This document shows positions 54,258-64,000 of a stretch of 64,000 nucleotides of DNA, in pieces (the first letter of the stretch is position 1; the number at the start of each line of letters is the position of its first letter). Origin of the DNA: Macrostomum hystrix (lineage: Eukaryota; Animalia; Platyhelminthes); the NCBI GenBank assembly GCA_950097015.1, contig CATNEN010000024.1, positions 1,364,001 to 1,428,000 of the forward strand, in the 5' to 3' direction. A program made the position numbers and the translations under genes. Under the pieces are notes generated by a model. The model saw only the letters and a program-made list of their open reading frames with translations. It was not told where the DNA came from and ran no database searches.

Positions 54258-57100
54258 AGTGATGGAGTAGATTTTAATGGAAGTAGATTATTATGGAAGC
54301 AGACTATGATGGAAGCAGACTATGATGGAAGTAGACTATGACGGAAGTAGATTATGATGGAAGAAGATTATGATGGAAGCAGACTATGATGGAAGCAGAC
54401 TATGATAGAAGTAGACTATGATGGAAGTAGATTATGATGGAAGTAGATAATGATGGAAGTAGATTATGATGGAAGCAGACTATGATGGAAGTAGATTATG
54501 ATGGAAGTAGATAATGATGGAAGTAGATTATGATGGAAGTAGACTATGATGGAAGTAGATTATGATGGAAGTAGACTATGATGGAAGTAGATTATGACGG
54601 AAGTAGATTATGATGGAATTAGATTATGATGGAAGTAGACTATGATGGAAGTAGACTATGATATAGTAGATTATGATGGAAGTAGACTATGATGGAGTAG
54701 ATTATGATATAGTAGATTATGATGGAAGTAGACTATGATGGAAGTAGACTATGATGGAAGTAGATTATGATGGAAGAAGATTATGATGGAAGCAGACTAT
54801 GATGGAAGTAGATTATGATGGAAGTAGATTATGATGGAAGTAGATTATGATGGAAGAAGATTATGATGGAAGCAGACTATGATGGAAGTAGACTATGATG
54901 GAAGTAGATTATGATGGAAGAAGATTATGATGGAAGTAGACTATGATGGAAGTAGATTATGATGGAAGTAGATTATGATGGAAGAAGATTATGATGGAAG
55001 CAGATTATGATGGAAGTAGACTATGATGGAAGTAGATTATGACGGAAGTAGATTATGATGGAAGCAGACTATGATGGAAGCAGACTATGATGGAAGCAGA
55101 CTATGATGGAAGTAGACTATGATGGAAGTAGATTATGATTGAAGTAGATAATGATGGAAGTAGATTATGATGGAAGTAGACTATGATGGAAGTAGATTAT
55201 GATGGAAGTAGATAATGATGGAAGTAGATTATGATGGAAGTAGACTATGATGGAAGTAGATTATGATGGAAGTAGACTATGATGGAAGTAGATTATGATT
55301 GAAGTAGACTATGATGGAAGTAGACTATGATGGAAGTAGACTATGATGGAAGTAGATTATGATTGAAGTAGATAATGATGGAAGTAGATTATGATGGAAG
55401 TAGACTATGATGGAAGTAGATTATGATGGAAGTAGACTATGATGGAAGTAGATTATGATGGAAGTAGACTATGATGGAAGTAGATTATGATTGAAGTAGA
55501 CTATGATGGAAGTAGACTATGATGGAAGTAGACTATGATGGAAGTAGATTATGATTGAAGTAGATAATGATGGAAGTAGATTATGATGGAAGTAGACTAT
55601 GATGGAAGTAGATTATGATGGAAGTAGATAATGATGGAAGTAGATTATGATGGAAGTAGACTATGATGGAAGTAGATTATGATGGAAGTAGACTATGATG
55701 GAAGTAGATTATGACGGAAGTAGATTATGATGGAATTAGATTATGATGGAAGTAGACTATGATGGAAGTAGACTATGATATAGTAGATTATGATGGAAGT
55801 AGATTATGATTGAAGTAGACTATGATGGAAGTAGACTATGATGGAAGTAGACTATGATGGAAGTAGATTATGATTGAAGTAGATAATGATGGAAGTAGAT
55901 TATGATGGAAGTAGACTATGATGGAAGTAGATTATGATGGAAGTAGATAATGATGGAAGTAGATTATGATGGAAGTAGACTATGATGGAAGTAGATTATG
56001 ATGGAAGTAGACTATGATGGAAGTAGATTATGACGGAAGTAGATTATGATGGAATTAGATTATGATGGAAGTAGACTATGATGGAAGTAGACTATGATAT
56101 AGTAGATTATGATGGAAGTAGACTATGATGGAGTAGATTATGATGGAAGTAGACTATGATGGAAGTAGATAATGATGGAAGCAGACTATGATGGAGTAGA
56201 TTATGATGGAAGCAGACTATGATGGAAGTAGACTATGATGGAAGCAGATTATGACGGAAGTAGATTATGATGGAAGTAGATTATGATGGAAGTAGACTAT
56301 GATGGAAGTAGACTATGATATAGTAGATTATGATGGAAGTAGACTATGATGGAGTAGATTATGATGGAAGTAGACTATGATGGAAGTAGATAATGATGGA
56401 AGCAGACTATGATGGAGTAGATTATGATGGAAGCAGACTATGATGGAAGTAGACTATGATGGAAGCAGATTATGACGGAAGTAGATTATGATGGAAGTAG
56501 ATTATGATGGAAGTAGACTATGATGGAAGTAGACTATGATATAGTAGATTATGATGGAAGTAGACTATGATGGAGTAGATTATGATGGAAGCAGACTATG
56601 ATGGAAGTAGACTATGATGGAAGCAGATTATGATGGAAGTAGATTATGATGGAAGTAGATTATGATGGAAGTAGACTATGATGGAAGTAGACTATGATGG
56701 AAGTAGACTATGATGGAAGTAGATTATGATGGAAGTAGACTATGATGGAAGTAGACTATGATGGAAGTAGACTATGATGGAAGTAGACTATGATGGAAGT
56801 AGACTATGATGGAAGTATACTATGATGGAAGTAGACTATGATAGAGTAGATTATGATGGAAGTAGACTATGATGGAAGTAGATTATAATGGAAGTAGACT
56901 ATGATGGAGTAGATTATGATGGAGTAGATTATAATGGAAGTAGACTATGATGGAGTAGATTATGATGGAAGTAGACTATGATGGAAGTAGATTATGATGG
57001 AAGTAGACTATGATGGAGTAGATTATGATGGAAGTAGACTATGATGGAAGTAGACTATGATGGAAGCCGACTATGATGGAGTAGATTATGATGGAAGTTA
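54258..57100. repeat. 16-bp minisatellite (GATGGAAGTAGA[T/C]TAT)n, ~2.85 kb
   Basis: Tandem units; variant blocks recur, indicating segmental re-amplification. Confidence 0.98.
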
Positions 57101-57341
57101 ATTATGGTGGACATGAAGCATATTTTGTAAGTACATAATGATTCAAGTAGATTGGTAAGTATGCCTAACTGTGATAAGAACCGGGATAAAATATTTTCCA
57201 GTCGCAGAGCTAAAAGCTAAATTGAGAGGCAACACTCATAAGCTCACAAAATATCAGGTTGTGTTGTGTACTAAAGCTTGTAATAAATAAATCAATGACG
57301 AGCACGGGTGACAGCCAGGTAGAAGTGTTGGGCAAACAGGC

Positions 57342-57574
57342 GAACTCCCTAGCACAATGGAACTGTGTGTGGGGTGGTACATAAGGCCAACACTATTGCT
57401 AATTAGCTAATTATCTTGAACTCCCTAGCACAATGGAACTGTGTGTGGGGTGGTACATAAGGCCAACACTATTGCTAATTAGCTAATTATCTTGAACTCC
57501 CTAGCACAATGGAAATGTGTGTGGGGGGGTACATAAGGCCAACACTATTGCTAATTAGCTAATTATCTTGAACT
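57342..57574. repeat. 76-bp unit x3
   Basis: gaactccctagcacaatgg...aattatctt starts at 57342, 57418 and 57494. Confidence 0.95.
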
Positions 57575-57811
57575 ATCGCAGCAAAGCCAACACAAAAAGT
57601 CCAAAGTAGATTAGATCAGTGTGACAAATTCCTTATTTTACTCACTTATACGGGCAAGACGCGATTTGCAGGCTAAAAAATGAAAGCTTATCAAGTGGCC
57701 GGGTCACCTCTGTTTCAGTAGTAGTTGGACATTGAACACGGACAATGATATGAAAAACAAGGCCTTTCCGCTGTAAGGAATAATCGCCACTTAGTACTGT
57801 GAAGTGGCGTA

Positions 57812-58320
57812 GGCGATTGAGTCGCTGCAGAAGTACTTGAGTCGCTGCAGAAGTACTTGAGTCGCTGCAGAAGTACTTGAGTCGCTGCAGAAGTACTTGA
57901 GTCGCTAAAGAAGTGTCAGGGTCGTTGGAGAAGTGTCAGGGTCATTAGCGAAGTGTCAGGGTCGTTGGAGAAGTGTCAGGGTCATTAGCGAAGTGTCAGG
58001 GTCATTAGCGAAGTGTCAGGGTCATTAGCGAAGTGTCAGGGTCGTTGGAGAAGTGTCAGGGTCGTTGGAGAAGTGTCAGGGTCATTAGCGAAGTGTCAGG
58101 GTCATTAGCGAAGTGTCAGGGTCATTAGCGAAGTGCCAGGGTCGTTGGAGAAGTGTCAGGGTCGTTGGAGAAGTATCAGGGTCATTGGAGAAGTGTCAGG
58201 GTCGTTGGAGAAGTGTCAGGGTCATTGGAGAAGTGTCAGGGTCGATAGAGAAGTGCCAGAGTCGCTAGAGAAGCGCTTAAGTCGTTGGACAAGCGTTTGA
58301 GTTGCTAGAGAAGCGATTGA
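57812..58320. repeat. 20-bp minisatellite (AGAAGTGTCAGGGTCGTTGG and variants)n, downstream of CUTA
   Basis: Same family as 59257..59830. Confidence 0.95.
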
Positions 58321-58680
58321 AAGACTATAAGAGGCAGCTTGTCACAGTACTGTGCAATGGGAGACCATCAAAAGTAGATTTAAGGCAGGTGAAAGAGTCA
58401 GGTAGACAAGTGGACTAGAGTAGAAAGTGGACACAAAAATAGAATTAAATTAGCTAGCCAATCCTGTCGATGTAGCGCTAAATACGGAATATTATATTTA
58501 CAAATGCTTACTTAGATGAATGATCTTTGGATTGACGTTTGACTAAAAATAGCATAATAATGGAGCATAGATACTAGACGTAAAAATATTATTTTCTTCT
58601 CTGGATCAATATTTGATTACACTTCCATAGTGTAGTCTGGAGTCCATAGCAACTACAGATGGCACGGTACACACTGATTG

Positions 58681-59130
58681 TCAATAGAATGGGCCAGTTG
58701 TAGCCGAATTGATCCACTGCAGATACTTTGGCAGGCCGCCAATCACAGGTATAGCCAGCACCTCAGGTGTGCTGTATGAGTGGCTTTTGGCAACAAAGCT
58801 AGCCAGTTCAGGTACCAGTGCAGTGCGAGTCTTTACTATCATCAGCGTCTCGGGGTTCTTGTGAACTTCGCCCTGCCAGCGATAAACGGAAGTGACGCCT
58901 GCCAGTATATTTACGCAGGCGGCCAGTTGTTTTTTAACCAAAGATTCAGCTAATATCTCAGCGTCGTCAGGAGTGGCTGTTGTTATGTAAACAACCGAGA
59001 AGTTACCATGGAAACTGTAGTTAACAATGTTGGAAGCGTTGGCTTTGAAAACATAGGTAACAAAGCGGAGCAGATGCCAGGCGCCGATCGCGGCAAGGCA
59101 AATAGTTAATAAGCGAATCACTTTGTATTC
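58681..59130 (-). CDS. CUTA: CutA divalent-cation tolerance homologue with an N-terminal hydrophobic segment; initiator codon must come from a spliced 5' exon or leader
   Basis: VVYITTATPDDAEILAESLVKKQLAACVNI..VTSVYRWQGEV...ETLMIVKT...HSYSTPEVLAIPV..G.PKYLQWI (CutA1 family). The exon starts at acceptor TATATTGCAG|GAA (59130). Confidence 0.92.
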   Translation of the reverse strand, partial: EYKVIRLLTICLAAIGAWHLLRFVTYVFKANASNIVNYSFHGNFSVVYITTATPDDAEILAESLVKKQLAACVNILAGVTSVYRWQGEVHKNPETLMIVKTRTALVPELASFVAKSHSYSTPEVLAIPVIGGLPKYLQWINSATTGPFY

Positions 59131-59256
59131 CTGCAATATAACAACAAATTGTGTTATATACTACTTATTTGCGCTTTTCTTGTTCATAATACCTGTTCTG
59201 AGTGCAAATTAGTTTATGGTGCAAATCTAGCAAGGCATGATACCATAGTGTCTGAA

Positions 59257-59830
59257 TCGTTAGAGAAGTGTCAGGGTCGATAAAGAAGTGTCAGGGTCGA
59301 TAGAGAAGTGTCAGGGTCGATAGAGAAGTGTCAGGGTCGATAGAGAAGTGTCAGGGTCATTAGAGAAGTGTCAGGGTCGATAAAGAAGTGTCAGGGTCGA
59401 TAGAGAAGTGTCAGGGTCGTTAGAGAAGTGTCAGGGTCGTTAGAAAAGTGTCAGGGTCGATAGAGAAGTGTCAGGGTCATTAGAGAAGTATTAGGGTCGT
59501 TGAAGTAGTGTCACACTCGTTAGAGAAGTGTCAGAGTCCTTAGAGAAGTGTCAGGGTCGTTAGAGAAGTGTCAGGGTCGTTAGAGAAGTGTCAGGGTCGT
59601 TAGAGAAGTGTCAGGGTCGATAGAGAAGTGTCAGGGTCGATAGAGAAGTGTCAGGGTCGATAGAGAAGTGTCAGGGTCGATAGAGAAGTGTCAGGGTCGA
59701 TAGAGAAGTGTCAGGGTCGATAGAGAAGCGCCTGAGTCGCTCGAGAAGCGTTTGAGTCACTGGAGAAGCGTTTGAGTGGTTAGAGAAGCGTCAGGGTCGT
59801 TGGAGAAGTGTCGGAGTCGTTAGATAAGTG
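59257..59830. repeat. 20-bp minisatellite (AGAGAAGTGTCAGGGTCGAT)n, upstream of CUTA
   Basis: Tandem units read directly. Confidence 0.95.
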
Positions 59831-60542
59831 TCAAAATGTCTTAACTGCATCTTAAGTCCTATATAGCAAAATGTCCTATATACTACTTATTACCGCTTTT
59901 TTTGTTTCTAATACATGTTCTGAGTGCTAATTAATGTATGGTATCTAGAATGGCATGAAAAATCAAAACAACATTTTCGTTTGTATACCTTTGCACAAAT
60001 CACCAAAAATATTTGCTCCGTTTATTTGAACAAATCCAAAGTAAAATTATAAAATACGAGTGGGGAGAAAACTTTTAAGTTCAAACATGTTTAATTAGTC
60101 TAGTTCTACTGCTTCTTACAAGCGAATCAAAATGCACGATTTCAAGCAGCCAGAATTACACTTAGTTTGAAAACTTTAATTAAATCAACTCCATAGCAGC
60201 AGAAATAATAACCGCGATCTCGAAATTTCATTCCTCTTGAGCTCACCCCGATCTTTAGCTCGGGGGATTTTTATCTCAAATGGGGATCATGATCTCAAAG
60301 GGGGATTCTCACCTCAAAAGGAGATTTTTATCCAGAAGCGGATATTAAATTTAAAAGATAGACACTGTATCTGAAGTAGGATATTAAAATGCCTAATCGA
60401 GAATGACAAGTCTAAACAAGGAATTGGGACGTTATCACTAAAATAGTGATCTTAAAAGGAGTGTACCAGTGGAAAAGGGAGATTCTGAAACCACCAGTCC
60501 TGATCCCTAATACCGAAATCCCATTCATGTAGGAGTAAAAAA

Positions 60543-62024
60543 TCAAAGTCGCAATCGGCGCAGGCAGTCAGCCGCCTGCTCGGCGCCGCTCTTGGCGCAG
60601 TCAGGCACAGAGACGCCGTCGTAGGAGGCTCCGGCAAGCGAGGCCGGCACCCCAGCTTCGAGTAGCTCGGCCCGCCAACTGGCCACCCTGCCGACATGCC
60701 CGACCGGGTACTGCGGAATGCAGTCAGGCAGTAGGCGACAGTCGGCATCGATTGGCTGGCCGGTATTCGGACCCAAACAAGCTATCACGTGATCGGCGGC
60801 CAATCGGATCAGGCCGTCCGAGCCGAGGCCGGCAATGCTGCTGTACCAGCCGCCGCCAAGCATGCAGGTGAGGCGAGTGGCGCCGCCAGGCTGCCTGTCA
60901 GGGAACAGGCACGAGTCGTACACAACGCCCAAGATGGCTGGTTGGCCAGCAGAAGCGCCAGACGGTACCAGATGACCGAAAGCCGGCTGGGGAATGATAT
61001 TCTCCCTGTAAAGCAGGCTGACTATGGCCAGGCTAACCCAATGCAGCTTGGACTTGTCCGGCGCCAAATGGCCAAGCCTCTCAGGCCAGATGCGAGCGGC
61101 CGAGTAAGCGGGCACGCACAAGATCACGTGATCAAATGGCTCCACCTCATTGGCTGCAGGCGTTGCTGTTGTTTGAAATCTGAGGCCGAGCCGACCGTCG
61201 GGCAATTCGCGAATACTGTGCACGCCGGCATTGAACAGGCAGCGCACCCCGGCGGAGTCTCGCAGCCAATCAACGCACGCTCCGGCCAGGGAGCCGAGGC
61301 CGCGTTGAAGCGACCAAACTGCACAGCTGTTGCCTAGCAACGGATCCGGCACAGTTTTAGCCGGCGACAATAGGCCTAGTAGAAGATTTCCGTGCTGTCT
61401 CTCCGCCTCAACCAGGTGAGGAAATGCGGCAGCGATGCCTAGGTCGGTCAGGCGGCCAGCGTAGATGCCGCGAGTCAAAGGGTCCAGCAAGAAGTCGGTC
61501 AGGTCTGGTCCAAGACGAGCCCTGGCGTATTCATCCAATTGTTGATCAACACCGGCTGGCAGCGGCTTCGGTGGCCAGCTGCCTCTGGATAGCAATTGGC
61601 TGGCCGCCCAGCCAATCAGAGAGCGACGAAATGGCGGCCTAGACCAGACTAGATTTCTAGTTAGCAGCTGGCCAATCGTTGTCAACTGATTATTGACAGC
61701 TATCAACCGTCTGGCAGCGGCCGGATGGCTGGTTGGCAAGGCAACCAGTTCGTTGTCAAGGCCAGCCAATCGGACCATGTCTAGCAGGTATTTGCGCGAT
61801 GGCGCCGAGCCTCGAATAGTTCTGGGGCCCAGCTCGTACAGGCTGTCCGATTTCTGCGCTGTTCGGACCCAGCCGCCTGGCTGCTCGGCTTGCTCCAACA
61901 GCCAGATGTCCAGCGGTCTGGCTGCACCGCCAGAGCTGGACATCTGCGCCAGCTTGCTGGCAGCCGACAGGCCGGCGATACCCGCGCCAACAATGGCTAC
62001 TCGAGCTGCTGCGGCTGCGGGCAT
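60543..62024 (-). CDS. PPOX: Protoporphyrinogen oxidase, intronless CDS, ~493 aa
   Basis: FAD-binding VAIVGAGIAGLSAA, YELGPRTIR, DPLTRGIYAG, FGHLVP..ILGVVYDSC.FP, IPQYPVGH, GASYDGVSVPDC. The likely start is CCGCC-ATG at 62024, just after acceptor TTTGCAG; the ORF-track ATG at 62039 lies upstream of that acceptor. Confidence 0.94.
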   Translation of the reverse strand: MPAAAAARVAIVGAGIAGLSAASKLAQMSSSGGAARPLDIWLLEQAEQPGGWVRTAQKSDSLYELGPRTIRGSAPSRKYLLDMVRLAGLDNELVALPTSHPAAARRLIAVNNQLTTIGQLLTRNLVWSRPPFRRSLIGWAASQLLSRGSWPPKPLPAGVDQQLDEYARARLGPDLTDFLLDPLTRGIYAGRLTDLGIAAAFPHLVEAERQHGNLLLGLLSPAKTVPDPLLGNSCAVWSLQRGLGSLAGACVDWLRDSAGVRCLFNAGVHSIRELPDGRLGLRFQTTATPAANEVEPFDHVILCVPAYSAARIWPERLGHLAPDKSKLHWVSLAIVSLLYRENIIPQPAFGHLVPSGASAGQPAILGVVYDSCLFPDRQPGGATRLTCMLGGGWYSSIAGLGSDGLIRLAADHVIACLGPNTGQPIDADCRLLPDCIPQYPVGHVGRVASWRAELLEAGVPASLAGASYDGVSVPDCAKSGAEQAADCLRRLRL

Positions 62025-62274
62025 GGCGGCTGCAAACATAATGGGCAGGCTTTAGTGGGGAATGCTGTGATTGGTTGATAGGGGGCCAATCTATTGGGTT
62101 GATTTATTAATTATCCAGTGACGAGTTCTGACAAATTGATGTGACGATGCTCTAGTGTGTTATTTATTTATTTGTTAATCTGGCCCATATGATAATGAAT
62201 GAAATTATCGATTACACCTGACACCTGGGCAAGATGTGCAGCCGACCATTCAGTCATGGACATCCACCCTAAAT

Positions 62275-62410
62275 TACCTCAGCTAATGCTGGATGAGCTT
62301 AAGCAATGCAGAGTTAAGTTTCTTTCTACAGGACACACATTGTTCCAGTAGAGTCGGGATTCGAACTCCTGACCTTTAAGTCGTGAGTCTGACGCCCTAA
62401 CCCCCAGCCT
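62275..62410 (-). mobile_element. tRNA-derived SINE
   Basis: Minus strand reads gggggttagggcgtcagactcacgacttaaaggtcaggagttcgaatccc followed by a body shared with the 53325 copy. Confidence 0.6.
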
Positions 62411-62806
62411 ATATAAAAATAAGCTAATACTCGTGATTTGAAAAGCGTGTTTATGATAAAAAAAATAATAAAAAGTCCGGGACGAGAATAGTTGAAAAGC
62501 AATTCGTAAAATCAAAAGAGTATCATTTTCTTACATAAAATTGTCTAGCAGTTGTTCTGCGCGTTTTTATTTCGTTTCAACAAAATTTGCGATCTAGCAA
62601 GCGTCACACAGGTTCTATTAGACAAAGGGGTAAAATTAAAGCACAATTAAAATGCACGTTAACTGCAAATTAACTCGACGCGTACTGCCGCACTACTGTT
62701 AGTAGGAAAGTAAAGGATTGCGGCACTATAATAATTAAATGAAATGCAGAGTTAAAAGCCAAAACTTAAAGCCACTTTACAAGTCGCTAAAAAGCCGGTA
62801 AATATT

Positions 62807-63952
62807 TTATCTATTTGAAGCAGGCGGGGGCCGCAGCAGGAGCTCGCAAACCTGCCTCAGAAATGGTCGACGAATCCTGCCAGCCAGGCCGGCAGAAGCG
62901 GCGGCAAGCGCCGATGATTCGCCGACAACACGCGCCCCCAAAGCGACATCCAGCCAGACGAGATCGCGCAGCAGGTCGCGGATTTCTTCATCGTTATTGC
63001 CAGCCGAAGCAGACTCCGTGTCGAACGGACAGGCCACACCATTAGCTGACGGGTCCAGCTGGTTATAGGCCGGTGAGCCATTGCGTTGATAACTAGCTAC
63101 ACCAACTAATCTGACAAGCTGGGCGGCGTCGATACCCCTCTGGGCCAGCTCGCCGTCTAGGCAGTGCCGCGGCAATGTCAGAGCCATCAAGCACAGCATG
63201 TACTGGTGGCAGCTCATGAGTGAAGATGTCGGAGTCCAATCATTGATAAAAGGCAACTTCAATGGCGTCAGCGTGACCTCTTTCAATCGGGCAAACATAG
63301 TCAGGTCATCGGCGGCTATATTTGTAGAGTTCGATGCTGATATAAAATCTTCAATAAATTTAGCAGCCGCATGAATTCTAACAGACACGCCGGGTACGAC
63401 AGTTTTCAGTAGGCAAGAGTCAGTAAACTGCAACAGCGAGGGACAGGCCGGCCTGCTGAGCTGGTAGTGCGCCGCCTGGCAGCACATGTCCAGCCTATCC
63501 AGCTCCTTGGCTAGGCGAGCCTCCAGGGTTGCCTGGCTATTGTACTCGTCGAATAAGCCGACTAGACAGGCGCCAGATGACGCGTCGAGATTGGCCGCCA
63601 TGCCAGCCAGAGCTGCCTGCTCCCGGCGTAGCTTTTCGGCTGGCGGCACACCGCAGTGAGGCGTCAAATCGCCGACGACAGCTTCGGCCAGATCGTGGGC
63701 CAGGCATAGAGCGGCTAGACGGTCGGCATTGGCGCCGGAGCAGCCGGGCCAGGCTGGCAGGCGGAGCACAGCCTCAGCGGCCATGGCCCACATATGGCAG
63801 GCCACGGTCTCCACCCTGTCTAGGCCGCATAGCAACCAACCAGTGCGCGGAGTTTGCTTGATGGCATTGGCTGTGATTAGAAACTTGACATAGGCTGCTG
63901 CAGCAGCATCAGCCTCGGGCTCCGATGATGTGGATGGTTGCAGATTGGACGA
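62807..63952 (-). CDS. HDDC2: HDDC2-like HD-domain 5'-deoxynucleotidase with a C-terminal extension; start codon not seen in the window
   Basis: IKQTPRTGWL..ETVACHM..CLAHDLAEAVVGDLTP..K...E..ELDRLDM (YfbR/HDDC2 motifs). The frame is open from acceptor TTTAATCTGCAG|TCG at 63952. Confidence 0.8.
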   Translation of the reverse strand, partial: SSNLQPSTSSEPEADAAAAAYVKFLITANAIKQTPRTGWLLCGLDRVETVACHMWAMAAEAVLRLPAWPGCSGANADRLAALCLAHDLAEAVVGDLTPHCGVPPAEKLRREQAALAGMAANLDASSGACLVGLFDEYNSQATLEARLAKELDRLDMCCQAAHYQLSRPACPSLLQFTDSCLLKTVVPGVSVRIHAAAKFIEDFISASNSTNIAADDLTMFARLKEVTLTPLKLPFINDWTPTSSLMSCHQYMLCLMALTLPRHCLDGELAQRGIDAAQLVRLVGVASYQRNGSPAYNQLDPSANGVACPFDTESASAGNNDEEIRDLLRDLVWLDVALGARVVGESSALAAASAGLAGRIRRPFLRQVCELLLRPPPASNR

Positions 63953-64000
63953 CTGCAGATTAAAGCATTGATGATCATATTTTCTGCTTCTATTGGTGAG

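Overview
Eukaryotic (animal) genomic DNA, not prokaryotic: spliced genes with GT-AG introns, GC-rich exons with poly-Q/poly-A runs, AT-rich introns and many minisatellite arrays. This style fits a free-living flatworm such as Macrostomum (inference, not verified). Genes reconstructed by eye, left cluster (minus strand): a ~1017-aa coiled-coil protein, a TSP1-like type-I membrane protein, FIG4 (5 exons) and two tandem RPLP1 copies. Middle: a FAM53-family ORF (+), a HES bHLH-WRPW gene (-) and a 3-exon DEG/ENaC channel (+). Right cluster (minus strand): a stand-alone Rap1 C-terminal-domain ORF, CUTA, PPOX and an HDDC2-like gene. Mobile DNA: a dead piggyBac, two hAT-type MITEs with 8-bp TSDs, tRNA-derived SINEs and a ~450-bp dispersed repeat. 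Three observations stand out. (1) Intron 1 of the channel gene holds two Crypton-type tyrosine-recombinase genes interleaved with hairpin cassettes that are chained through single shared TTAA junctions and all carry a (G/T)TCTATGG motif, resembling a recombinase cassette array. (2) CUTA, and possibly the HDDC2-like gene, has no start codon of its own and begins at a phase-0 splice acceptor, as expected if a trans-spliced leader ending in AUG supplies the initiator. (3) The Rap1 RCT-only ORF. No databases were searched; all family assignments come from recognised motifs.
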